DNA of 64,000 bases from the IMG/VR virus record IMGVR_UViG_3300045988_170760, positions 32,001 to 96,000 of that record; one strand, given 5' to 3'. The notes under the pieces were generated by a model, which did no database searches, was not told where the DNA came from, and saw only the letters and a program-made list of their open reading frames with translations. The stretch is from a virus. Both the position numbers and the translations under genes were made by a program. The number at the start of each line of letters is the position of its first letter. The stretch's first letter is position 1. This document shows, piece after piece, positions 28,770-37,367 of this stretch.

Positions 28770-29737
28770 ACTCGATATTACATTCTGATGCGAGTGATAA
28801 TATTGAGACGGATAGTCAAATTACAGAATTAACAAAAAATAATTTTACAATTAGTCCAGATTATAGGGTGGTATATAAGAATTTTGATTATAGTAATCCT
28901 TATGATGCATGGATTTACGAAGGAAATGATGAGGATAAAATAGTAGGTTATAAATATTTTCAATCTTATCCTTATGATACAGTAGAATTTAAAATAGGTG
29001 ATTATATTCATTGGAATTTTAATCACAAGGAATTGTCAACTTGGATTTTAATTTCGTTAGATACACAATATCTTTATAATGTAAAGGGAAGGATGTTACA
29101 ATGTAATAATTCTTTGCGTTGGGAAGATAAAGATGGAGAAATTAATTGTTATCCATGTGTAATTGAAGATGCGTTAACTTATACTAATTTTAAATGGGGT
29201 AATAAAGGTGTAGTTGAACCAGGAGGAGATATTGTTGTAATAGTACAACGAAATGAATATACTTCCAAAATAGATATAAATGATAGATTTTTATTTAATG
29301 AAGTTGCTTTCAAAGTAAAACAAAAATTTATGGAGTTAAATCCAAATTATGTAGAATTATATATGATGAAAGTTCCTGAATTATCAGGAGATAACTTTGA
29401 AGATAATATAGCTAAAAATAATTCTAATGAAGATAATAAAACTCCTGATTTGTTAAATGGTATTGTATTATTACCTGATGTAAAAGAGATAATGTTAGGA
29501 AAAGTAATAGAATTTAGCATATATAACTATGTTAATGGAATAAAGCAAAAGAACACATTTACAGTTAATGTAAGTGGCGTTCCACAAGATTATTTTCATT
29601 TAGATGTATTAGATGGAAACAATTTTACTATAGAGAATATAGTAGAATATCAAATAAATCCACTTATAATAGAGTGTGTTGACAATGCAAGTGGGAATAA
29701 AATAAATAAATCAATATGGTTAGGAGGGAATTGGTGA
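28718..29737 (+). CDS. hypothetical structural protein
   Basis: 339-aa ORF in the -1 frame relative to, and overlapping by 52 nt, the preceding gene. Confidence 0.65.
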   Translation: MLTPTKISTKTNCIQRINSILHSDASDNIETDSQITELTKNNFTISPDYRVVYKNFDYSNPYDAWIYEGNDEDKIVGYKYFQSYPYDTVEFKIGDYIHWNFNHKELSTWILISLDTQYLYNVKGRMLQCNNSLRWEDKDGEINCYPCVIEDALTYTNFKWGNKGVVEPGGDIVVIVQRNEYTSKIDINDRFLFNEVAFKVKQKFMELNPNYVELYMMKVPELSGDNFEDNIAKNNSNEDNKTPDLLNGIVLLPDVKEIMLGKVIEFSIYNYVNGIKQKNTFTVNVSGVPQDYFHLDVLDGNNFTIENIVEYQINPLIIECVDNASGNKINKSIWLGGNW

Positions 29738-30312
29738 TGTTTTCTCCATGTGATGAGTTTAATTTTGACAAGACAGCTTATAATTCTTATAAGTTGGCTA
29801 GGGACTTACCTACCTTGATAGTTAATTATTTATTTGAAAATTCCCCTGACTTTTGGAAACTATTAAAATATTCACAAAATCCACTATCTGAACCAGACTT
29901 AACAAATGAGGAAAAGGCAAAGATGATATGTAAATCTTCATTTGATACAGAACAGTATAATGTGTTGTTTCAGAAATATACTGTAGATGCTATGATAAAA
30001 GCAAAATCTCAAGTGAGAGTATTCATAGATAATATTAGTTCTTATGGTAGAACCAATGCTTTAGTTAGAATAATCTTCCAGGTAATTGTAAATAATAATG
30101 AGATGATGATTACTACAGATATGTCTAAAAATGATAAAAGAGATGTAGCTATTATGCAAACTATAGTAGAAGCATTAAATGGTGTTAAGCTAGATAAGAC
30201 TAAGTCTCAAATGTTTATAAACAATGAAATAGACAGATTTGCAGGAGCATCTCAGGTAAGCTATAATAATAATTATTCAGGATTTCAATTAACAATGGAT
30301 GTGTGGATTTAA
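29737..30312 (+). CDS. hypothetical structural protein
   Basis: ATG 29737 overlaps the preceding TGA and follows GGAGGG. Confidence 0.65.
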   Translation: MFSPCDEFNFDKTAYNSYKLARDLPTLIVNYLFENSPDFWKLLKYSQNPLSEPDLTNEEKAKMICKSSFDTEQYNVLFQKYTVDAMIKAKSQVRVFIDNISSYGRTNALVRIIFQVIVNNNEMMITTDMSKNDKRDVAIMQTIVEALNGVKLDKTKSQMFINNEIDRFAGASQVSYNNNYSGFQLTMDVWI

Positions 30313-30314
30313 AA

Positions 30315-31226
30315 ATGAATATAAGCTATGATAATAAAATGAATTTGGCTTTTGATAAGCCTTTGAAATATAAGCAATTATTATTATATCCTGCAACTGT
30401 TTCTTATTATTCAATATTTAGTTCAGCTGAAGATTGTTTAGATGTGTCTAAGTTGAATGAAAAAAATATAGAATTATTAAGATTACCATATTTGGAGTAT
30501 ATATATACTAAAGCCATGTTAAATGAAGAAGATTTTAAGATGAAATGGGATATGTTGATATGTGTATTAAATATAGTTTTAGGTGAAGACCAGCCTTTTG
30601 ATGTATTAAAAAAAGATGGTAAAATATATATAAAGGTTTATCAAAGGTCAGAAAATTATGAATTATTGAATAAAGAGTATACTATTTTAAAGAATAGTTT
30701 ATTAACAAATTATAAAAGTGGTAAAGTCTCAAATGAGGAACTAAAGTCAATTAGTGATAAAATGGTAGAACTACAAGAAAAAATGTATGTTCATATTATG
30801 ATAGGTTCTGAGGATTTTGAGGAAATCAGACAATTGATTATGTTACAAAATGACATAAAGCCACAGCATTATGATGCTAAAACGGAACAATTCTTAAACA
30901 ACATGAAAAATAAACTAAGAGAAGTAAAAAGAAGTAATCAAGATATGACTACTGAAGACTTAATAACAATAGTAGCTTTCTCATTAAATAAAGATACTAG
31001 TGAGTTAGAAAATATGACTATTAGACGTTTTAATAGATTTCTAAATATCATTATGAAGAAAGACGATTATTATATGTATAAACAATTGGAATTAAGCGGA
31101 ATGATAAAGATGAAATCAGATATACCACATTGGATAAGTCATTATGAGCCTAAGGGTAAATTTGATGATATTGTTGTTGAGGGAAGTTCTTTAATGGCGT
31201 CATTAAAAGATGGTGAAAAAATTTAA
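30315..31226 (+). CDS. hypothetical structural protein
   Basis: 303-aa ORF. Start is uncertain between GTG 30303 and ATG 30315. Confidence 0.6.
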   Translation: MNISYDNKMNLAFDKPLKYKQLLLYPATVSYYSIFSSAEDCLDVSKLNEKNIELLRLPYLEYIYTKAMLNEEDFKMKWDMLICVLNIVLGEDQPFDVLKKDGKIYIKVYQRSENYELLNKEYTILKNSLLTNYKSGKVSNEELKSISDKMVELQEKMYVHIMIGSEDFEEIRQLIMLQNDIKPQHYDAKTEQFLNNMKNKLREVKRSNQDMTTEDLITIVAFSLNKDTSELENMTIRRFNRFLNIIMKKDDYYMYKQLELSGMIKMKSDIPHWISHYEPKGKFDDIVVEGSSLMASLKDGEKI

Positions 31227-31245
31227 TGAAAAGGAGAGATAAAGT

Positions 31246-32253
31246 ATGGCAATAGATAAAGGTTTAGCTTTAGTATCTGTAGCTGATGTATTGTTCTTTA
31301 ATCCTGTGACAGATGCTTATATTGGAGAAGGTTTAGCTTTAACAAACTCTACTTTAACACAAGAAGTTCAAAGTATTGAACAAAGAGGAGGATATCTAAA
31401 CGCATTATTATTCGATATCAAGCATAGTAAAACTGTAACAGTAGAATTAGAAAGTGCAACATTTAAAATGGAATATTTAGCATTCCAAACAGGAACACCA
31501 ATTGTTTCAGGTTTATCAGGAGTTTATAAATTTGATGAATGTGTTTCTTTCCAAAATGGTGTTGGAGAAACAGCGGATACTCCACTAGGAAATGTATATG
31601 TAAGAATGCCAAATGGTGCAGTAAAATCAATTGTACCAACAGGAAAAAGTGTAGATATTGGTATGGCAGAATTTAGTGGTTCTTTACAAGTTGTATATCA
31701 ATATAATGCACAAGTCGACCAAATCACAATTGACACAAAAACACAACCATTAACTGTAAAAGCTGTTATGAGAGTGCATGTTTTAAGTCAAGATGGTATC
31801 GAAGGATATATCCAAATTATAATTCCTAGATTAAAATTTAATGGTAGTATTTCACTAACATTAACATCAGATGCAGTGTCTACATTTGGTATTGGTGGAA
31901 CAGCACAAGAATATGCTACAGATTGTGGAGAAAGTTATTATGCAGATGCAAAATATATTAATACAGAGGATACAGCTGTTATTCCAGTAGAAAGTGTTGT
32001 AGCATCTCCAAACGTAATGACATTCTCAATGGCAGGAGTTCATGAAGCTACAGCTAATGTTATTGGTGTAAGAAGTACTCCATATTCTAATGTTCAATTA
32101 GATAATAGTGCATTAACATTTGAAAGTACAGACCAAGAAACAGCAACTGTAGATGCTACTGGTAGGATTACTGGTATTAAACAAGGTGAAACAACTATTA
32201 AAGTAACTTACCAAGGATTACAAGACCTTATTTCAGTTAATATTGGTGAATAA
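31246..32253 (+). CDS. major tail protein with C-terminal Big_2 Ig-like domain
   Basis: Strong RBS AAAGGAGAG. The C-terminal ATVDATGRITGIKQGETTIKVTYQG is a Big_2-type motif. Position lies between the connector genes and the tape measure. Confidence 0.55.
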   Translation: MAIDKGLALVSVADVLFFNPVTDAYIGEGLALTNSTLTQEVQSIEQRGGYLNALLFDIKHSKTVTVELESATFKMEYLAFQTGTPIVSGLSGVYKFDECVSFQNGVGETADTPLGNVYVRMPNGAVKSIVPTGKSVDIGMAEFSGSLQVVYQYNAQVDQITIDTKTQPLTVKAVMRVHVLSQDGIEGYIQIIIPRLKFNGSISLTLTSDAVSTFGIGGTAQEYATDCGESYYADAKYINTEDTAVIPVESVVASPNVMTFSMAGVHEATANVIGVRSTPYSNVQLDNSALTFESTDQETATVDATGRITGIKQGETTIKVTYQGLQDLISVNIGE

Positions 32254-32438
32254 TGGGTTGTACAGAATATCCTTTATGCAAATATGCATTTTATGAAAAA
32301 CAACCAAATAAAATGATTGTTTTAAAATGTAGCAAAAGTAATGAACTATGTGCATATTCTAGGTATTGTTCAAGACTATTGAAGGTCATTCATACAAGTA
32401 CCTATAGAAATTGTGCAATAAGCAAACAACAAATATGA
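32253..32438 (+). CDS. small Cys-rich protein
   Basis: 61 aa with 7 Cys. ATG overlaps the preceding TAA. Confidence 0.5.
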   Translation: MGCTEYPLCKYAFYEKQPNKMIVLKCSKSNELCAYSRYCSRLLKVIHTSTYRNCAISKQQI

Positions 32439-32473
32439 CAGGGATTAGTTTATTACTAATTCCTGTTTTTTTT
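32439..32473 (+). terminator. intrinsic terminator
   Basis: CAGGGATTAG and CTAATTCCTG form a 10-bp stem with one G-U pair, followed by T8. Confidence 0.85.
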
Positions 32474-32494
32474 ACTTTTTAAAGAGGTGGGAAT

Positions 32495-33238
32495 ATGTTT
32501 GGATTAGATGTTGCAACTTTAACTGCACTGGCACAATTATTATTTAATGGTTTAGCGATTTTAGTTATTTTCTTTTTATATATAAAGGATAGAAATAAAA
32601 GACAAAAAGAATATGAAGATGACCGAAAGGCAGAAAGAGAAAGAAATAACAAATTAAGTGAAAATTACAATTCTATGATACAGGATATCATTCAAGGACT
32701 TTCAAAAAAGCATTTAACACCAAAAGAAAGTAAAAGTATTGCACAAATAGAGAAGCAAATAACTGATATAATAAATGTTATATTAAAAGAAACCAATGCT
32801 TCCAGAGTTTGTATAGTTAGATATCATAATGGAAATAAAGATATGACTGGTAGGTCTTTTTTGAAAATGAGTATGACAAATGAAGTTGTCAATATAGGTG
32901 TTACTTCAATGATGGGAGAATTTAAAGATGTGTTTAGGTCTTTGTTGGCTTATTGGTGTCATGAAATTGAAAGTAAGAAATATTGTGTTATAAAAGATGC
33001 GGAAGAATTAAAGAATGTAGATATGACAATGTACCAATATTTATCTACAAGAAATATTGAAGCTAAATATGGTACTGGATTAAAAGATAGTTTGGGAAAT
33101 GTAATTGGTTTTATTTGTATTGAATATTTAAATAAAAATGATTTAGATTTAGATAAAATTAATACAAGTATGACAAAAAATTTCCCTAAAATCGAAGCTT
33201 TAGTTTCATTAGATGGAGGTGTTAGTGATGAATTGTAA
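32495..33238 (+). CDS. membrane-anchored protein of unknown function
   Basis: 247 aa with an N-terminal TM segment (LFNGLAILVIFFLYI), then a charged helix and a globular C-terminal domain. Confidence 0.65.
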   Translation: MFGLDVATLTALAQLLFNGLAILVIFFLYIKDRNKRQKEYEDDRKAERERNNKLSENYNSMIQDIIQGLSKKHLTPKESKSIAQIEKQITDIINVILKETNASRVCIVRYHNGNKDMTGRSFLKMSMTNEVVNIGVTSMMGEFKDVFRSLLAYWCHEIESKKYCVIKDAEELKNVDMTMYQYLSTRNIEAKYGTGLKDSLGNVIGFICIEYLNKNDLDLDKINTSMTKNFPKIEALVSLDGGVSDEL

Positions 33239-33821
33239 CAGTAATACAGCACCATTGCCAAGCACATCAGGTGAAGGTTGCAATGTAGGTTGCGAACCTA
33301 AATCAATTAATGTAGTGTGTAGAAAGATTATTATACCATCAGGGCAAGAAACTTTAGCAGTAGAGGGAGATTTAAATTCTTCATTTAGAGAATTTTTAAT
33401 TCCATTAGAAACAGAACAAGGATTTAACCTAGAAGATGCAACATTTGCAATATTAGTTATGAATTCTAATGGAGAACAATATCAAGTTATTATTGACGAT
33501 ACAAACAAAACAATACAAGGAAATTATATAAAAATAAAGTGGAATTTATCTGCTCGAGATACATCAGTAGCAGGAGACTTAAAAGTTTCTATTCAGGCAA
33601 CAAAGGATGACTTTAGATGGGAAACTTATTATGCTAAATTTAGAGTACAGCCATCTCTTGGAGGAGTGGTTAAGATGCAACCTCCTGTATTGTTACAACA
33701 AAAAATTGTAACTCCAACTAATAAGGAACAAATTATATTACCAGATGCTGGATATGATGGATTATCAGTTGTTATAGTACAGGCAGTAGAAGGGGGGAGG
33801 GACATCATTAACATTAGATGA
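33228..33821 (+). CDS. BppU-like baseplate/fibre protein (possibly extended by frameshift to 33957)
   Basis: GGAGGTG lies upstream of ATG 33228. It carries the fibre-type motif VTPTNKEQIILPDAGYDGLSVVIVQAV. A G6 tract at 33792-33797 lies just before the stop. Confidence 0.6.
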   Translation: MNCNSNTAPLPSTSGEGCNVGCEPKSINVVCRKIIIPSGQETLAVEGDLNSSFREFLIPLETEQGFNLEDATFAILVMNSNGEQYQVIIDDTNKTIQGNYIKIKWNLSARDTSVAGDLKVSIQATKDDFRWETYYAKFRVQPSLGGVVKMQPPVLLQQKIVTPTNKEQIILPDAGYDGLSVVIVQAVEGGRDIINIR

Positions 33822-33969
33822 TGTATTTAATAGTATTACAACATCTCATAGCTTAATAAAGAGAGTTGACCCATCTATATCTATGGATATTAGTGGAGAA
33901 GAAGTAGAAAATAGAGCTTTAACAAGTCAAGAAATTAATAATATTTTGAATAAATAGGAAGGGATATAA

Positions 33970-34971
33970 ATGGCAGAAAAAAAATATCTTAATGATAATG
34001 GGCTATCTTATTTATGGTTAAAATTAAAAGATTTATTTAATGGTAAAGTGGATAAAGTAGAAGGTAAAGGGTTGTCTGAAAGAGACTTTACTCAAGCTTA
34101 TCAAACTAAATTAGATAGCTTAAAAAATTATGTGTTACCTATTGCCTCCGTAGAAACATTAGGAGGTATTAAAATAGGTGCAGGTTTACAAATTAGTGAC
34201 CAAGGTGTTCTTAGTGTTACTGGTGGTGGAGTTGCGGATGCTGTTGCTTGGGAAAATGTAACAGATAAACCTACTACTTTAGCAGGATATGGTATTACAG
34301 ATGTTACTATCTCTGGGCAAATGATAACATTAGGTTCATCTAGTATAACTATTCCAAGTAAAACTAGTGAATTAACAAATGATAGCAACTTTTTAACAAG
34401 GATACCTGTAGCCACTTCTAGTGTGTTAGGAGGAATTAAAGTTGGAGCAAACTTACAAGTTGCTGGAGATGGAACTTTATCCGCTTCTAAAGTACCAACA
34501 TTGCTTAGTGAATTGACAAATGACGTTGGATTTATTACTTCTGTTCCAATAGCAACAGCAGAAACAGCTGGTATAATTAAAGTAGGAACAAATTTATCAA
34601 TAAGTGGAGATGGGACATTAAGTGTAACAGGTATACCAACAAAAGTAAGTGAGTTACAAAATGATAGTAATTTCCAAACAGATACACAAGTACAATCTAG
34701 CATTAATAGTGCTATTAGTAATATTACATCATTTGACTATCAAATTGTTGCTAAATTACCACAATCAGGTGTAAAAGGTACAATATATTTAGTACCAAAT
34801 TCAGGTTCAGGCAATAATTCATATGATGAATATATATGGATACAGCCAGAAGAAGGAGAAGGAAAATTTGAATTTATAGGAACTACTGCTGTTGACTTGA
34901 CTGGATATGTAAAAGATACAGATTTAGTACCTATAAGCAATGAGGAGATTGATACTATATTAGCATCATAG
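33970..34971 (+). CDS. tail fibre protein
   Basis: Repeated ~45-aa units (SELTND..F...P.A...LGGIKVG.NL......G.LS). Confidence 0.7.
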   Translation: MAEKKYLNDNGLSYLWLKLKDLFNGKVDKVEGKGLSERDFTQAYQTKLDSLKNYVLPIASVETLGGIKIGAGLQISDQGVLSVTGGGVADAVAWENVTDKPTTLAGYGITDVTISGQMITLGSSSITIPSKTSELTNDSNFLTRIPVATSSVLGGIKVGANLQVAGDGTLSASKVPTLLSELTNDVGFITSVPIATAETAGIIKVGTNLSISGDGTLSVTGIPTKVSELQNDSNFQTDTQVQSSINSAISNITSFDYQIVAKLPQSGVKGTIYLVPNSGSGNNSYDEYIWIQPEEGEGKFEFIGTTAVDLTGYVKDTDLVPISNEEIDTILAS

Positions 34972-34981
34972 GAGGTATATT

Positions 34982-35905
34982 ATGCCACAAAAAGATTTTT
35001 TAAATAAAGAAGGATTACAATATTTTTATAACGGATTAAAACAAATGAATGTTGCAAGTGCAGATAGGTTATCTACTCCTAGGATGATAAATGGAACCAA
35101 TTTTAATGGTAGTGCGAATATTACAACAGCAAATTGGGGAACAGCTAGAAATATAGGTATTGTTAATTCTGATGGAACAGGAACAGCAGTGACAACCCCA
35201 GTAAATGGTTCGTCTAATATTAATTTAAAATTGCCTAGCACTATTAAGGCTAATATAGACGGAAATGCTAATAGTGCTTCAAAATTGCAAACAGCTAGAA
35301 CTATTAATGGAGTATCATTTGATGGTAGTGCTAATATAGTTATTCCAGTTCCAACAAAAGTAAGCGAGTTACAAAATGATAGTGGTTACTTAACTACTAT
35401 TCCTATTGCATCTTCTACCGTATTGGGAGGAATTAAGGTTGGTACAGGATTATCTATATCTAATGGAGTATTAAATGTAGATATAGATGAAATTGTATCA
35501 AATAAAATTTTAGAAGATAATAAGAAAAAATACCCTGTAGGTAAAATTATTATGAGTACAACTAACACAAATCCATCAACGTATTTAGGCTTTGGAACTT
35601 GGGAACTTTGGGGTTCTGGTAGAGTGCCTGTTGGAGTAGATACAGAACAAACAGAGTTTAACTCTTCGGAGAAAGAGGGAGGAGAGAAAACACATAAGTT
35701 AAGTATAGATGAAATGCCAAGACATACACATAATTTTAACAGAGAAGGTGTAGCTACAATGACATCTGGTGGAAGAAATGAACTACAACAAACCTTAGGT
35801 TCTAAATCTTATAACTTTATAAGTTTAGAAAATTCTGGAGGAGACAAAGCTCATAACAATTTACAACCATATATCACATGTTATATGTGGAAAAGGACAG
35901 CTTAG
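34982..35905 (+). CDS. tail fibre protein with collar-type C-terminal domain
   Basis: Carries the same fibre repeats. The C-terminus reads GGEKTHKLSIDEMPRHTHNF...AHNNLQPYITCYMWKRTA. Confidence 0.7.
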   Translation: MPQKDFLNKEGLQYFYNGLKQMNVASADRLSTPRMINGTNFNGSANITTANWGTARNIGIVNSDGTGTAVTTPVNGSSNINLKLPSTIKANIDGNANSASKLQTARTINGVSFDGSANIVIPVPTKVSELQNDSGYLTTIPIASSTVLGGIKVGTGLSISNGVLNVDIDEIVSNKILEDNKKKYPVGKIIMSTTNTNPSTYLGFGTWELWGSGRVPVGVDTEQTEFNSSEKEGGEKTHKLSIDEMPRHTHNFNREGVATMTSGGRNELQQTLGSKSYNFISLENSGGDKAHNNLQPYITCYMWKRTA

Positions 35906-35916
35906 GAGGGGATAAG

Positions 35917-36132
35917 ATGAAGAAAGATAAAAAAGTTATATTTTTAATATGCTTAACATTGGGTATGCTTGCCTATAATTTATTCTTTTCTGCAATACAA
36001 CTAACAGATTATAATAAGAGGAAGGCTAGTGGGGATGCCCACTGGCTTATGGTTGAGGAAAGAATATTAGACATAGAGAATGAAGTAAATACATTAAAAG
36101 ATGAATTTAGAATTTTTAATAATATAGAATAA
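35917..36132 (+). CDS. BhlA/UviB-like holin candidate
   Basis: 71 aa with GGAGGGG upstream. One N-terminal TM segment plus a C-terminal coiled coil, adjacent to the endolysin. Confidence 0.5.
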   Translation: MKKDKKVIFLICLTLGMLAYNLFFSAIQLTDYNKRKASGDAHWLMVEERILDIENEVNTLKDEFRIFNNIE

Positions 36133-36154
36133 TAACATTTAAGGATGTGAGATA

Positions 36155-36481
36155 ATGGAAACTTTAAGTATTATAGTAGTTGCTATTGTAGTAATTGTTG
36201 GGTTAGTATTAGCTGGATTAAAATTATATAGTCATATAAAACTAAAAGGATTAAGACAGACTGCAATAGATTTAATTGCACATGCAGAAGAAGCATATGA
36301 AAAAGGTAAAAATAACGAAAAATTCCAAGCAGTATTTGATGGAATTTTAAATGCTTTACCAGCACCAGCAAGAGTTTTTCTTAATGAAAAAACAATTAAT
36401 TATTTTATTCAATCAATATTTGATAGCATAAAGGTTGCATTAGATGCAAAATCAAAGGAAGAAACAACAGATAAAGAATAA
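36155..36481 (+). CDS. membrane protein, holin/holin-accessory candidate
   Basis: 108 aa with an N-terminal TM segment IIVVAIVVIVGLVLAGL. Lies directly upstream of the endolysin. Confidence 0.5.
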   Translation: METLSIIVVAIVVIVGLVLAGLKLYSHIKLKGLRQTAIDLIAHAEEAYEKGKNNEKFQAVFDGILNALPAPARVFLNEKTINYFIQSIFDSIKVALDAKSKEETTDKE

Positions 36482-36611
36482 AATATTATGGAAGGAGATA
36501 ATTATATGGAAGATAATATCTTTGAAGAAACAATAGAATTTTCTGAAGAATTATATCAAAAAAATATATCAGAAAATACATTTGAAGTTGAATATGAGGC
36601 AGGTGAGGATA

Positions 36612-37346
36612 ATGCAGATAACTAACGTAGTTTGTCCTGCATCAAAATATTCCATAAAATGTCCAGATATTACAGAAAAAGATGGAATTGCTGTACATAA
36701 TACTGCAAATGATGCAAGTGCTATGTCAGAAATTTCATATATGCTAGGTAATAACAATAAGGTATCATTTCATGCGGCAGTAGATAACTATAGAATAGTA
36801 ACAGGTTTACCATTTGATAGAAGTTGTTATGCGGCAGGAGACGGAAGATATGGGAGTGGAAATGCTCATAAAATTAATATTGAAATTTGTTATAGTAAAT
36901 CTGGTGGAGAACGTTTTGATGAGGCAGAAGATTTAGCTGCTTGTTATATTGCATATTTATTAAAGCAATATGGATGGGGAATTGATAGAGTATATAAACA
37001 TCAAGATTTTAGCGGAAAATATTGCCCACATAGAACATTAGATTTAGGATGGGAAAGATTTTTAAATAAAATTAGAGCATACCTAGGAATACAAACTACA
37101 CCAGTAGAGGACAATAAAGATTATAGTGGAGGAAGTGATGAACCAGTGAGAAAATATGTAAATGGAAGTACAATAGAAAATATTTATGCAGACACATCAC
37201 TAACTAAAAAAATTGGTTACTTAAGTCCAAGAGAAACTTGTGATTGTTTCGGTATATTTAACAATAGACCAATGGTTAGATATAAGGTTGATGGTAAATC
37301 TAATTACAAAATAGGTTTCGCTGTTTGGAAAGGTGGAGTGAAATAA
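36612..37346 (+). CDS. endolysin, N-acetylmuramoyl-L-alanine amidase (Amidase_2/PGRP type)
   Basis: IAVHNTAND, SFHAAVD, NIEICY and KHQDFSGKYCPHR are present. There is a C-terminal ~80-aa putative wall-binding domain. ATG 36612 follows GGTGAGG. Confidence 0.8.
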   Translation: MQITNVVCPASKYSIKCPDITEKDGIAVHNTANDASAMSEISYMLGNNNKVSFHAAVDNYRIVTGLPFDRSCYAAGDGRYGSGNAHKINIEICYSKSGGERFDEAEDLAACYIAYLLKQYGWGIDRVYKHQDFSGKYCPHRTLDLGWERFLNKIRAYLGIQTTPVEDNKDYSGGSDEPVRKYVNGSTIENIYADTSLTKKIGYLSPRETCDCFGIFNNRPMVRYKVDGKSNYKIGFAVWKGGVK

Positions 37347-37367
37347 ACTATCCAGAAAGGAGAAAAT

